The position numbers were made by a program, and so were the translations under genes. A stretch of DNA of 64,000 bases from an uncultured virus (IMG/VR IMGVR_UViG_3300001682_000650) (lineage: Duplodnaviria; Heunggongvirae; Uroviricota; Caudoviricetes). The notes under the pieces were generated by a model. It ran no database searches. It worked only from the letters and a program-made list of their open reading frames with translations, and was not told the DNA's origin. Location: the IMG/VR virus record IMGVR_UViG_3300001682_000650; one strand, 5' to 3'. Below, one piece after another: positions 48,360 through 57,587 of the stretch (the first letter of the stretch is position 1; each line of letters opens with the position of its first letter).

Positions 48360-48404
48360 GACAAGGCAAAAGCCTTGATTATTTTTTATTAGGAGGTAGT
48401 TTTC

Positions 48405-48896
48405 ATGAAAACTGCGGTATGTGTATTTACGGAAAATGGGTGGGTGCCTGTTATCGCTCTGGGTGAAGGCACGATTACTGGCGATCAAGTTACCAATGAG
48501 GTAGCTCCCCAGGAAGCTATTGCCACCCCTGCATTTGCAATTGGTGACTCTGTTGAGGTTAACGGCAGGCTTTATCAAGGCAGTGCTGTTGTCGAGCGCC
48601 TTGACGGTGGCGATGTATTGGCAAGGGCAGGTAATGGTAAGCTGTACCGTTACAGCAAGGTTGACCAGGATACTGGCGTAATCACCAAGATCTCCTCTGA
48701 TCCTGCGCCTAAGAAAACCCTCACTTCTGATGACTTCGAAGAAGGTGAAGAAGTAGAGATTAACGGTCGTTTGTTCAAGGGGTACGGTACTGTTGAAACC
48801 ATTGACGGTGCTGATGTCCTTGTCAGAGCAGACAATGACAAGCTGTACCGTTACAGTCCGATAGACTTGGCAGCAGGAATGCTGATTAAAGCCTAA
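48405..48896 (+). CDS. hypothetical protein with two tandem SH3/KOW-like repeats
   Basis: 'F..GD/E.VE.NGRL..G...VE..DG.DVL.RA.N.KLYRYS..D' occurs twice; AGGAGG SD. Confidence 0.7.
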   Translation: MKTAVCVFTENGWVPVIALGEGTITGDQVTNEVAPQEAIATPAFAIGDSVEVNGRLYQGSAVVERLDGGDVLARAGNGKLYRYSKVDQDTGVITKISSDPAPKKTLTSDDFEEGEEVEINGRLFKGYGTVETIDGADVLVRADNDKLYRYSPIDLAAGMLIKA

Positions 48897-48929
48897 TCCC
48901 AAAACCCCCATAGCCAATGGGGGTTTCAT

Positions 48930-49004
48930 GGCCCGTTAGTCAAGCGGTAAAGACGCCACATTCTCAGTGTGGAAACAGAGGTTCGAATCCTCTACGGGTC
49001 ACCA
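48930..49004 (+). tRNA. tRNA-Glu(CTC), identical to 48285..48359
   Basis: exact 75-nt duplicate with CCA. Confidence 0.9.
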
Positions 49005-49030
49005 TAATTTTTGAAAGGTGGGCGGGTGGA

Positions 49031-50179
49031 ATGTTTGATAATTGCTTATGTTGTGGAGCCCCATTAACTGGCTATAGCAAATACTACGGAGAATGTGATG
49101 CTTGCTATTCCGATTATATGTGCACATATAAATACGGAGGATATAGAGCAAGTGCTAAGTTCGCAGAAGGTAAACCACGGTTCGCCCATTGGAGAATATT
49201 TCAGATGAGTGTACCGAGGTTGGCTTCTTATCTGTCAAAGTTCTTGTCTGGAAAATTCAGTACAGTTATCACGGCTAAGGGCAATGAGTATGTATATGCC
49301 GAAGGTGAAGTCCCGATTCTTCTGGTAGCACACATGGATACAGTTCACAAAGACCTTCCAAGAGTACAGCAGGATCTTCAACAAAATGTGCTTTGGAGCA
49401 AGACTGGTCTTGGCGCTGATGATCGGGCGGGTATTGCTGCGATAATCGAATTACTGAATTCAGGATACCGCCCGCATGTCTTATTTACGGACAAAGAAGA
49501 ATCCGGCGGAGCTGGTGCGTATGCATTCACACGTGATTTCAAAGAAATAGACGTTAACTGCATAATAGAACTGGACAGAAGAGGATCTGATGACGCTGTG
49601 TACTATAATTGCGACAACAAGGATTTCGAGGAGTACATAACATCATTTGGGTTTAAAACTTCATATGGATCATTCACAGACATCTCAAAAATATGCCCCT
49701 ATTTCGGCATCGCAGGTGCCAACCTGAGTATAGGCTACTACTTCGCTCACAGTGATAGCGAATATCTGAAAGTAGACGAATGGGAAAAGACTGTTAGACG
49801 GGTTGAAGATATACTGCTTAACCCGCCCACTGTCAGATATGAATATGTACCTAAGTACTCATACGGATATCATGGATATTCTAAAAGCTACACATGGACT
49901 TATGATGATTATACCAGCAAAAAGAGCGAAGTTACTACTGATGACCTGACATACGACGACGGAGCATACGATGATATTGAAACGATCAGCGCTTGTGCTG
50001 GAGATGTTAGTGTAAATGTAGATATCATGGAACTTGTATATTCATTTGGCGGTACTCTTGTAGATTGGCAAGAGTTCCTAGCTGATAACAAAGGAAAAAT
50101 TGAGAGTGCCTTAAGAGAAAAAATCCTTGATACAGTCTATAACCTATGCATTTCAAGTATGCCTGATTTCTTGCTATAG
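49031..50179 (+). CDS. M28/M20-like zinc peptidase with N-terminal Cys knuckle
   Basis: LVAHMDTVH, GLGADDRAG, FTDKEE, ELDRRG, NLSIGYY.AHS; start moved to ATG 49031 because the longer ORF overlaps a tRNA. Confidence 0.8.
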   Translation: MFDNCLCCGAPLTGYSKYYGECDACYSDYMCTYKYGGYRASAKFAEGKPRFAHWRIFQMSVPRLASYLSKFLSGKFSTVITAKGNEYVYAEGEVPILLVAHMDTVHKDLPRVQQDLQQNVLWSKTGLGADDRAGIAAIIELLNSGYRPHVLFTDKEESGGAGAYAFTRDFKEIDVNCIIELDRRGSDDAVYYNCDNKDFEEYITSFGFKTSYGSFTDISKICPYFGIAGANLSIGYYFAHSDSEYLKVDEWEKTVRRVEDILLNPPTVRYEYVPKYSYGYHGYSKSYTWTYDDYTSKKSEVTTDDLTYDDGAYDDIETISACAGDVSVNVDIMELVYSFGGTLVDWQEFLADNKGKIESALREKILDTVYNLCISSMPDFLL

Positions 50180-50417
50180 TAACTGCTGAAACGCAGCGCC
50201 AATACATAGGCAACCTCCAAACGGCGGGCAGGATGCCCGCTGAATATTATTCCCAGATAATGTCTGGGTTTATTTATATAAAATAGGGTTGGAACGACCC
50301 GAATATAAGAGGTGGAGAGGTTCAAATTGCGATAGTTGCTCAATGCCAATCGTTTTTACGGTTGGCATTTTGAAGCTATCGAGCTTCAAAAATATTTTAT
50401 TTAATGGAGGTATTATT

Positions 50418-50594
50418 ATGAAAAATGTGGATCTGAAGGTAAAGGACAACAAGTTGACAATCGTAGTTGATCTGACCAAGGAATTTGGTAAATCTTCCAG
50501 CGGTAAGTCAACAATGATTGCTTCTACAGAGGGAAACCAGGCACTTCCAGGAATGGATGATGTCAAGATCGGCCTGAATATTTACCGTAAGTAA
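50418..50594 (+). CDS. small conserved beta-rich protein
   Basis: GGAGG SD; MKNVDLKVKDNKLTIVVDLTKEFGKSSSGKSTMIASTEGN. Confidence 0.7.
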   Translation: MKNVDLKVKDNKLTIVVDLTKEFGKSSSGKSTMIASTEGNQALPGMDDVKIGLNIYRK

Positions 50595-50610
50595 TTGAAT
50601 TACTTGGTAT

Positions 50611-50642
50611 GGGGGAGCTGAGTTGCTCCCCTAATTTTTTTT
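50611..50642 (+). terminator. intrinsic terminator
   Basis: GGGGAGC-TGAGTT-GCTCCCC followed by a T-run. Confidence 0.6.
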
Positions 50643-50654
50643 GGGGGTGTTTTT

Positions 50655-52400
50655 ATGTTCAGCGAAAAAATCGATTTCTGGTTTGACGAAGTGAAGAAGG
50701 TAATCTCTAACATTATCAACATAGACGCAAATGGCGTAAACGAATGGAAAAATATCTGGATGCAGAAAAAGGCTGACCTGCTTCCGTATTTCAACGAAGA
50801 CGGCAGGATTGAAAAAGAAGTCAAATTTGAAAGCTGCGATGATGACACCATGAAGCAGATTATCAAGCAGACATATCACTCTGTAAACTCACAGATTTAC
50901 AACACAATATTCAAGCGCAGTGGTGACGTCAATATTGGCCACCGTATCTTGGATGACCTGTACTCAGACGTCTTTAGTGTAACTGCAAATGAGGTACTCA
51001 ACAACAAACTTATCTCAGACTTTGGTAAGTTCAAGAAGGGTACAAAAACCTCAAAGGCATTTGTCGGTATGCGTAAGACAGAGTACGAAGCCGCAAACTT
51101 CAACGAAGATTTCATTACTAAGTACGTTGACAATTATAATATTGCTTTCAGTGCGATCTTAAATTCACTCAAAAATTTTGGCAAGATAGGTCTGAGTATC
51201 AATCCAATGGACTTTATTCTGGTTTCCGCCCATACAAATGGCTGGAAAAGCTGCCACAATATCGAAAATGGTTGCTACCGCACAGGCGGTATCTCATATA
51301 TGCTTGATAACACTTCAGTAGTTGGGTACGCATACGAAAAAAGCGCTCCGCTACGTGAGTCTAATTTTGCGTCAGATGAAATAATGCCCCTCAAACTGTG
51401 GCGTGCAATGGTATTCGTCGAACCAGAAGCCAGACGGTACAGTATTATCAGCAGGCAGTACCCATCTGAAAAAACTATCTACTCCCACGCTATGAGAGAG
51501 CTGGTTGCTGAATTAATGGCAACCATCAATGTGGTCGGCAGGAATTATCTGGCAAGACCATACTCAAACGTACCTCTGAGCGAATCCGAAGTAGTGGATA
51601 GAGACCACAGAATTTCTGTATCTCGTGGCAGTAATTATAATTACGTAGATCCTATCACATCTCATGTTTTGCTGTCGCATTTTGAGAATGACGTTGTTTC
51701 AAATGTTGTGGTAGAAATCGGTACACGGTGTATCCCATGCGCAGAATGCGGTGAGCTTAGGGATTGCGAATATGAGGAATCTGGCCCTAATTACCTCACA
51801 TGTGAAGAGTGTGGCGACAGAGGTATAGAATGTAGCTCTTGTGGGTGCCATTGTAATGAAGATTACTACTATGACGGTTCATACTACTGTGAAGATTGTT
51901 ATGAAGAACTCTTTTCTTACTGTGAACGCTGTGACTCAACAACTCCTAGGGATGAGCTACACACTGTGAGAAATGATAGAGGATGCTACATTTCAGTATG
52001 CTGCGATTGCCTGGAAAGATATTACAGTTACTGCGATAGGTGTGAAGAATACTGCGAATCAGTAGAAGAAGTTGATGTAAATGGCTCTATTGAACACTGG
52101 TGTGATTCGTGCGTTTCAGATGATGCCTATACATGCGAAGAATGCGGATGTCTATTTACAAAAGTTGAGGAAATTGAAGGAGATTATTATTGTGAAGATT
52201 GTGCCTCAAGCAAATTTGAGGTGTGTGATAGGTGTGGAGAGTACTCATCTGAGATTACATCGGTTGATGGAAAAAATTACTGTGAAAACTGCCTCAAACA
52301 ACACTGTATAGAGTGTGCAGAGTGTGGTGAGTACACAGAAAATCCAGTGTTCAATTTATGTGATGACTGTGTGAAGAACAAAGAAATGGCGGTGGTGTAA
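50655..52400 (+). CDS. phage protein with C-terminal multi-CxxC zinc-finger array
   Basis: N-terminal 'SINPMDF...W.SCH..GCY..G.ISYMLD..RQYP' domain; more than 10 CxxC motifs in the last 230 aa. Confidence 0.75.
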   Translation: MFSEKIDFWFDEVKKVISNIINIDANGVNEWKNIWMQKKADLLPYFNEDGRIEKEVKFESCDDDTMKQIIKQTYHSVNSQIYNTIFKRSGDVNIGHRILDDLYSDVFSVTANEVLNNKLISDFGKFKKGTKTSKAFVGMRKTEYEAANFNEDFITKYVDNYNIAFSAILNSLKNFGKIGLSINPMDFILVSAHTNGWKSCHNIENGCYRTGGISYMLDNTSVVGYAYEKSAPLRESNFASDEIMPLKLWRAMVFVEPEARRYSIISRQYPSEKTIYSHAMRELVAELMATINVVGRNYLARPYSNVPLSESEVVDRDHRISVSRGSNYNYVDPITSHVLLSHFENDVVSNVVVEIGTRCIPCAECGELRDCEYEESGPNYLTCEECGDRGIECSSCGCHCNEDYYYDGSYYCEDCYEELFSYCERCDSTTPRDELHTVRNDRGCYISVCCDCLERYYSYCDRCEEYCESVEEVDVNGSIEHWCDSCVSDDAYTCEECGCLFTKVEEIEGDYYCEDCASSKFEVCDRCGEYSSEITSVDGKNYCENCLKQHCIECAECGEYTENPVFNLCDDCVKNKEMAVV

Positions 52401-53470
52401 TGATAACAACTACAGTTAATATTGATAAAGGAAAAAAGGTCTGCTGCATAGTGTGCAAAAAAGAGATATCTAAGCAGGACTTGGAAAAAGGCATATGTTC
52501 TAAATGTATATCTACTATAACAAAACCCAGTTTTAAGTTCGGTCACCCTACATTTCATTATTGGTGGGTGTTCAAAATGGATGTCCCCACCCTCTTTGGC
52601 TACTTAAAAAATATCCTTTTGGACATATATGGAAGCGTACATCACGATAGCACCTGTGACTATCTGTATGCAAAGGGCGATATACCAGTACTTCTTGTAG
52701 CACACATGGATACCGTTCACAAGAAATTACCCAGAGTAGAGCATGATCATGAACAGAATATCCTCTGGAGTAAAAACGGACTCGGCGCTGATGATCGTGC
52801 TGGTGTTATCGCAATATTGCGTATTCTTGAAGATGGATACCGCCCACACGTCCTATTTACGGATAAGGAAGAATGTGGATGTGTTGGTGCCAAAGTAGCG
52901 TCAAGAAATCTTGACCCCCCAGATGTAAACTATATTATCCAACTAGATAGGAGGGGGAGTGTGGACTCTGTTTATTATGATAACGATAATGATAAGTTCG
53001 AGGAATATGTAAACTCATTTGGGTTCAAAACAGCTAACGGATCCTTCTCTGACATATCGGCACTTTGCCCTTCCTGGGGTATTTCTGGCGTTAATTTAAG
53101 TATTGGCTATTACGAAGCACACTCATCTTCGGAATATTTGAAGATAGACGAATGGAAAAATACCGTAGAAAAAGTTGAGAAAATGCTTGACAATCCATCG
53201 GACACTTTCTTTGAGTATATTGAGAAGCCATATAGTTATGGATTGTTTGACTCAGGATTTGGTTACAACATTATTGCAGACAAAATTGGGATAAGCCTGG
53301 ACATAAATGCAGACGAACTTGCGGGATATTTTGGTGGTAAGCCTTCTGCATGGAGTGTCTTTTTAGACACCTATGGTGAATTTATTACTGACGAAATTTT
53401 CAACAACATACTGGAAACAGTATACGATCTTGCAGTGGATCTGTGTCCAGAAGAATTTGACATGATTTAA
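52400..53470 (+). CDS. M28/M20-like zinc peptidase (paralog of 49031..50179)
   Basis: same motifs LVAHMDTVH, GLGADDRAG, FTDKEE, QLDRRG, NLSIGYYEAHS. Confidence 0.8.
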   Translation: MITTTVNIDKGKKVCCIVCKKEISKQDLEKGICSKCISTITKPSFKFGHPTFHYWWVFKMDVPTLFGYLKNILLDIYGSVHHDSTCDYLYAKGDIPVLLVAHMDTVHKKLPRVEHDHEQNILWSKNGLGADDRAGVIAILRILEDGYRPHVLFTDKEECGCVGAKVASRNLDPPDVNYIIQLDRRGSVDSVYYDNDNDKFEEYVNSFGFKTANGSFSDISALCPSWGISGVNLSIGYYEAHSSSEYLKIDEWKNTVEKVEKMLDNPSDTFFEYIEKPYSYGLFDSGFGYNIIADKIGISLDINADELAGYFGGKPSAWSVFLDTYGEFITDEIFNNILETVYDLAVDLCPEEFDMI

Positions 53471-53478
53471 TATGGAGG

Positions 53479-53861
53479 TTGTTCAACAGCTCAGGAATAA
53501 CTAAAATTAAGTAACAACAACTGTTAAGCTTTTTAGTTTTTGTTTACCCTTTAAATGAGGTTTCAAANNNNNNNNNNNNNNNNNNNNNNNNNNNNNNNNN
53601 NNNNNNNNNNNNNNNNNNNNNNNNNNNNNNNNNNNNNNNNNNNNNNNNNNNNNNNNNNNNNNNNNNNNNNNNNNNNNNNNNNNNNNNNNNNNNNNNNNNN
53701 NNNNCTAAACACTATAAAGTTTAGTGCTACGGTGTAGGGAGCGTTATACCCGAAGTTAAGCCTTTGGACTGCTAAGAAAACCTGAGTAGCTTTAGTGAAA
53801 AGGAGCAGGATGAACAAGGAATCAAACATAATACTATGTTTTTATAGTTTTATGGTAACGG
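53479..53861 (+). mobile_element. IS607-type element, copy 1 (interior hidden by an N-gap)
   Basis: left end TGTTCAACAGCTCAGG and right end ...AAGGAATCAAACAT...GGTAACGG shared with copy 2; GG at both junctions. Confidence 0.7.
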
Positions 53862-53872
53862 TGGTGGCGGGT

Positions 53873-54007
53873 ATGCTTTACTTTTTTACCGGTGTATTAT
53901 GTGGTTTTTTCAGTACTTTGCTGTATGCGAATTACAGAAAACGTCATTACCGGATTGATAATTTAACCAGCGTTCGGAAAGTAGAAAATGAGATTAAGCT
54001 TATGTGA
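53873..54007 (+). CDS. small membrane protein
   Basis: MLYFFTGVLCGFFSTLLYANY; its SD is displaced by the IS insertion. Confidence 0.45.
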   Translation: MLYFFTGVLCGFFSTLLYANYRKRHYRIDNLTSVRKVENEIKLM

Positions 54008-54413
54008 CAAGTTCGGAAAGGGGCGGTTTAAATTGATTTCTGAAAAACAAATAGAAGATCTGGCGAAGGAAATTCGGCAGTTTTTACTGGATAACGAACT
54101 GTGGATAGACGTTACTATTTACTTCAATGGTAAGGCATTTAGTACAGACGATGGTAAGAATTTTTATTATAATGACCCCGACCATCTTATTGTACTCGAA
54201 GACAAAGACCCGAAAGATTACTTCGACTATGTTGCAGAACCCCACATATTGAGCATGAGCTTTGAGGGAGATTTTTGCAGTTGTATGAACAACTATGGTG
54301 AATACGGGTATGATTTTGATGAACGTATCCAAAATGGTTTCCGTGAAATATTGGACAAGTACGGTCTGTACTATGAAATGGGAAATCACTGGAACTTAAG
54401 CTGTTATAGTTAG
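53988..54413 (+). CDS. hypothetical protein
   Basis: 141-aa acidic ORF; start could lie further downstream. Confidence 0.65.
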   Translation: MRLSLCDKFGKGRFKLISEKQIEDLAKEIRQFLLDNELWIDVTIYFNGKAFSTDDGKNFYYNDPDHLIVLEDKDPKDYFDYVAEPHILSMSFEGDFCSCMNNYGEYGYDFDERIQNGFREILDKYGLYYEMGNHWNLSCYS

Positions 54414-54421
54414 TGAGGAGG

Positions 54422-54838
54422 CTGTTCAACAGCTCAGGAATAACTAAAATTAAGTAACAACAACTGTTAAGCTTTTTAGTTTTTGTTTACCCTTTAAATG
54501 AGGTTNNNNNNNNNNNNNNNNNNNNNNNNNNNNNNNNNNNTAGTGAAAACCAAACCATCAGCGGTAGTCATTTAACACTTAAGGTGTAGTGAAAATCTTA
54601 AAGAACTTATATCTGTGAAGAGTGTGGTTGTACTATAGACAGAGACTTAAATGCAGCCATTAACCTGAGCAGATATGTAGCCTAAACACTGTAAAGTTTA
54701 GTGCTACGGTGTAGGGAGCGTTATACCCGAAGTTAAGCCTTCGGACTGCTACGAAAACCTGAGTAGCTTTGGTGAAAAGGAGCAGGATGAACAAGGAATC
54801 AAACATAATACTATGTTTTTATAGTTTTATGGTAACGG
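54422..54838 (+). mobile_element. IS607-type element, copy 2, with tnpB 3' remnant and omegaRNA-like right end
   Basis: same ends as copy 1; 54602..54685 encodes RTYICEECGCTIDRDLNAAINLSRYVA* (TnpB Zn finger and RuvC-III). Confidence 0.75.
54602..54685 (+). pseudogene. tnpB: tnpB C-terminal fragment
   Basis: C..CG...DRDLNAAINL motif; no TnpB-like sequence in the bases immediately upstream. Confidence 0.75.
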
Positions 54839-54982
54839 TAGACATGGAACTAACCAAAGGAGATGTTCGCATTGAGTGGGCAGCATTAGGGGAAGGTAAG
54901 TATGGGAACATTGTATTAGTGAGATGTATCTAACCACCCCGCCCGCTTCAAAAATTGCTATACACTTGGAAGGGGTAATAGG

Positions 54983-55321
54983 ATGTATACGTATATCTGT
55001 AAAAAATGTAAGCAAGAGCAGTATTCTAGCAGCCCTACAAAAGAAAATGAACCATGCATATATTGTGGTTCAAGAGTTGAATTGGTTGGTGAGCATGATC
55101 AAAGAAATAATTCATGCAGGTATGTATGGAAAGTAAAAGTGATACCTAGCTGTGAAACAGCATTCATAGACGCTTGTAAAGAAAATAACATTGACTTTAG
55201 ACCCTACCCAAAACCAATTGCTGCAACGTATAAGGTAAATGGATTAAAAGGTGAAATAATCGATTCAGTAGGACACTATATAACGTCAATCGAGCCAATG
55301 CCTATCGGGACATTTGGGTAA
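54983..55321 (+). CDS. zinc-ribbon hypothetical protein
   Basis: CKKC...CIYC at the N-terminus. Confidence 0.55.
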   Translation: MYTYICKKCKQEQYSSSPTKENEPCIYCGSRVELVGEHDQRNNSCRYVWKVKVIPSCETAFIDACKENNIDFRPYPKPIAATYKVNGLKGEIIDSVGHYITSIEPMPIGTFG

Positions 55322-55354
55322 TTAACCTACGCAATACAAATCGGAGGGGAGTTT

Positions 55355-55543
55355 ATGGAACGTGTTGAAATTTTATCTGACACTATTCGCATCTATGATA
55401 ACGACAATAATGAGGTCGTTGGATGGATAGAAGAAGAATGGTTGGAAGACCCAAATCTTGTCTTGGTAATTGCCAATGCAATCAGTATTTTTTATGAATA
55501 CGGTGCTGACATGTTAAAGACCATTACACACGGAAATATGTAG
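55355..55543 (+). CDS. hypothetical protein
   Basis: GGAGGGG SD, 62 aa acidic. Confidence 0.6.
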   Translation: MERVEILSDTIRIYDNDNNEVVGWIEEEWLEDPNLVLVIANAISIFYEYGADMLKTITHGNM

Positions 55544-55547
55544 TTCC

Positions 55548-55829
55548 GTCAACTACCCACCACTTAGTCTTTAACAAGACTTGAAGTGGGGGCTTGTAGT
55601 TTAAGCCCAGTTGATTAGCCTAAGCCTATAAGTCAATATTAGAATGCATAGTTACCTACAGGTGCTCCACAAGCTTGTAGCTCTAAGGATAGCAATTAAA
55701 CATCTCTGATGGGTGGGAGAAGTGTTGCTATTTAAAAACCTAATATAACCTTGGCGATGTGGACCTACCCACTAAGCTTTGCTTAGTGGAGATAGTTAAG
55801 TAGTATTACTATTTTAAGGAGTATGCCTT
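55548..55829 (+). ncRNA. IscB omegaRNA (HEARO-like) scaffold
   Basis: ~280-nt structured leader with GTTGATTAGCCTAAG, GTGCTCCACAAGC..CTCT and TTGGCGATG motifs typical of IscB omegaRNAs. Confidence 0.75.
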
Positions 55830-57131
55830 ATGGTATATGTAATAAGTAAGTCAGGCAAACCGCTTATGCCTACAAATAGGCATGGAAAGGTTAGAATCTT
55901 ACTAAAAGAGAAAAGGGCTAAAGTGGTACAAAATAAGCCTTTTACTATTCAACTTTTGTATGATTCAAAAGAATATACACAGCCTATTAGCTTAGGCATT
56001 GACTCAGGTTACACCTATATTGGCTATTCTGCTATCACAGAAGATATTGAGCTAATATCAGGTGATGTTGAGCTTTTATCTGGTCAATCAGAAAGACTTA
56101 AAGAAAAAGCTATGTATAGAAAACAAAGAAGACAAAAGCTACGATACAGAAAGCCTCGCTTTGATAATAGAAAAAGAGCTGAGGGTTGGTTAGCTCCAAG
56201 CTTACAACACAAATATGACAGTCATATTAGATTCATTGAAAAGCTTAAAAAGATATTACCAATAACAAATATTACAATAGAGGTAGCAAGTTTTGATACT
56301 CATAAGCTTAAAAATCCAAGTGTTAGTGGAGAAGATTATCAAAATGGCGAACAGGAGGGTTTCTTTAACTTAAGGGAATATATCTTATACAGAGATAATT
56401 ATACATGCCAAATCTGTGGAGCCAAGGATAAGCCACTAGAGGTTCATCATATAGGCTTTTGGAAGGGAGATAGAAGTAATAGACCAGCTAATTTATTAAC
56501 AGCCTGCATTACTTGTCATGTTCCAGCTAATCATTTAGAAGGAGCTAAGCTATGGGGATTAAAACCAAGCAATAAAGGATTCAAGGAAGCTACCTTTATG
56601 AGTATGGTTAGATGGCGATTAGTTAATGTGCTGAACTGTAATCACAGCTATGGATATGCAACAAAGTCTAAAAGAATTGCATTAGGCTTAGATAAAAGCC
56701 ATTCAAATGATGCATTTGTAATAGCTGGTGGAGAAAATCAAAAGAGAGCCAAAGCTATAATGTTTAAGCAAATAAGAAGAAATAATAGAAGCTTAGAGAA
56801 ATTCTACGATGCTAAATATATCGACATCAGAACTAGTAATAGAGTATCAGGACAAGATTTATTTAATGGCAGAAGGTGTAGAAATAAAAACTTAAACGAA
56901 GAAAATCTGCATAAGTATAGAGGCAAAAAACTAAGCAAAGGTAAAAGAAGTATTCGCACGAAGAGGTACTTTTATCAGCCAAATGATTTAGTTAAGCTAG
57001 ATGGTAATATTTATACAGTAAAAGGAACTCAAAACAAAGGAGCTTATGTGGCTCTAAAGAACCACAGCAAAGTTGTAAGAGTAGAGTTACTAACTCCATA
57101 CAAATTTATGAGTGGATTAGTGGCCATATAG
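55830..57131 (+). CDS. iscB: IscB RNA-guided endonuclease
   Basis: PLMP N-terminus, RuvC-I GIDSG, Arg-rich bridge helix, RuvC-II IEVASFD, HNH (CQIC..EVHH..N..CITCH), RuvC-III SHSNDA. Confidence 0.92.
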   Translation: MVYVISKSGKPLMPTNRHGKVRILLKEKRAKVVQNKPFTIQLLYDSKEYTQPISLGIDSGYTYIGYSAITEDIELISGDVELLSGQSERLKEKAMYRKQRRQKLRYRKPRFDNRKRAEGWLAPSLQHKYDSHIRFIEKLKKILPITNITIEVASFDTHKLKNPSVSGEDYQNGEQEGFFNLREYILYRDNYTCQICGAKDKPLEVHHIGFWKGDRSNRPANLLTACITCHVPANHLEGAKLWGLKPSNKGFKEATFMSMVRWRLVNVLNCNHSYGYATKSKRIALGLDKSHSNDAFVIAGGENQKRAKAIMFKQIRRNNRSLEKFYDAKYIDIRTSNRVSGQDLFNGRRCRNKNLNEENLHKYRGKKLSKGKRSIRTKRYFYQPNDLVKLDGNIYTVKGTQNKGAYVALKNHSKVVRVELLTPYKFMSGLVAI

Positions 57132-57220
57132 TAAGGGATTCATCCCCCACTTACATTTCATTAAGAAGTGGTGGTATTCTCCTTATATGACTAAAAGATA
57201 AAAGTACAGTACGAATTGAG

Positions 57221-57541
57221 GTGAATATGATGAAATTAATGACTACTGAGATTGAGGACAAGTTGTCAAAGTATCCTATCGGTTCAACGGACGGGCAAGG
57301 CAAAAACGCAGAAGTCATCGTTAAATACTTCAACCCATGTGGGGCCGGTACTTGGCTAATCACAGAAGGAGAAAAGCAGGAAAACGGTGACTGGCTATTG
57401 TTCGGAATGTGCCATATCTACGAATGGGAATGGGGATATGTAATGCTCAGTGAATTGCAGTCTATAAAAGTACCCATGTTCGGTCTTGGCATAGAGCGTG
57501 ATTTGTATTCTAAAGGTACTGTTGGAGAATTGATGGAATAA
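57221..57541 (+). CDS. DUF2958-like protein
   Basis: 'KYFNP.GAGTWLITE...FG...EWGYV.LSEL......IERDLY'. Confidence 0.7.
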   Translation: MNMMKLMTTEIEDKLSKYPIGSTDGQGKNAEVIVKYFNPCGAGTWLITEGEKQENGDWLLFGMCHIYEWEWGYVMLSELQSIKVPMFGLGIERDLYSKGTVGELME

Positions 57542-57587
57542 CACCCCCCCCTCAAAATACTGGCGGTGGTTTTTGAAAGGAGCAATG

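Larger units (their letters stand above)
55548..57186 (+). mobile_element. IS200/IS605-superfamily iscB element
   Basis: starts GTCAACTACCC; similar subterminal hairpins (CCACTTA...GAAGTGG) at both ends; right boundary approximate. Confidence 0.8.

Noticed and set aside
48917..49030. N-terminal extension of the first peptidase ORF
   Set aside because: It overlaps a tRNA gene; ATG 49031 is the more plausible start
53479..54838. IStron (group I intron-IS607 chimera)
   Set aside because: No group I intron core could be recognised and the interiors are N-gaps; unresolved rather than excluded
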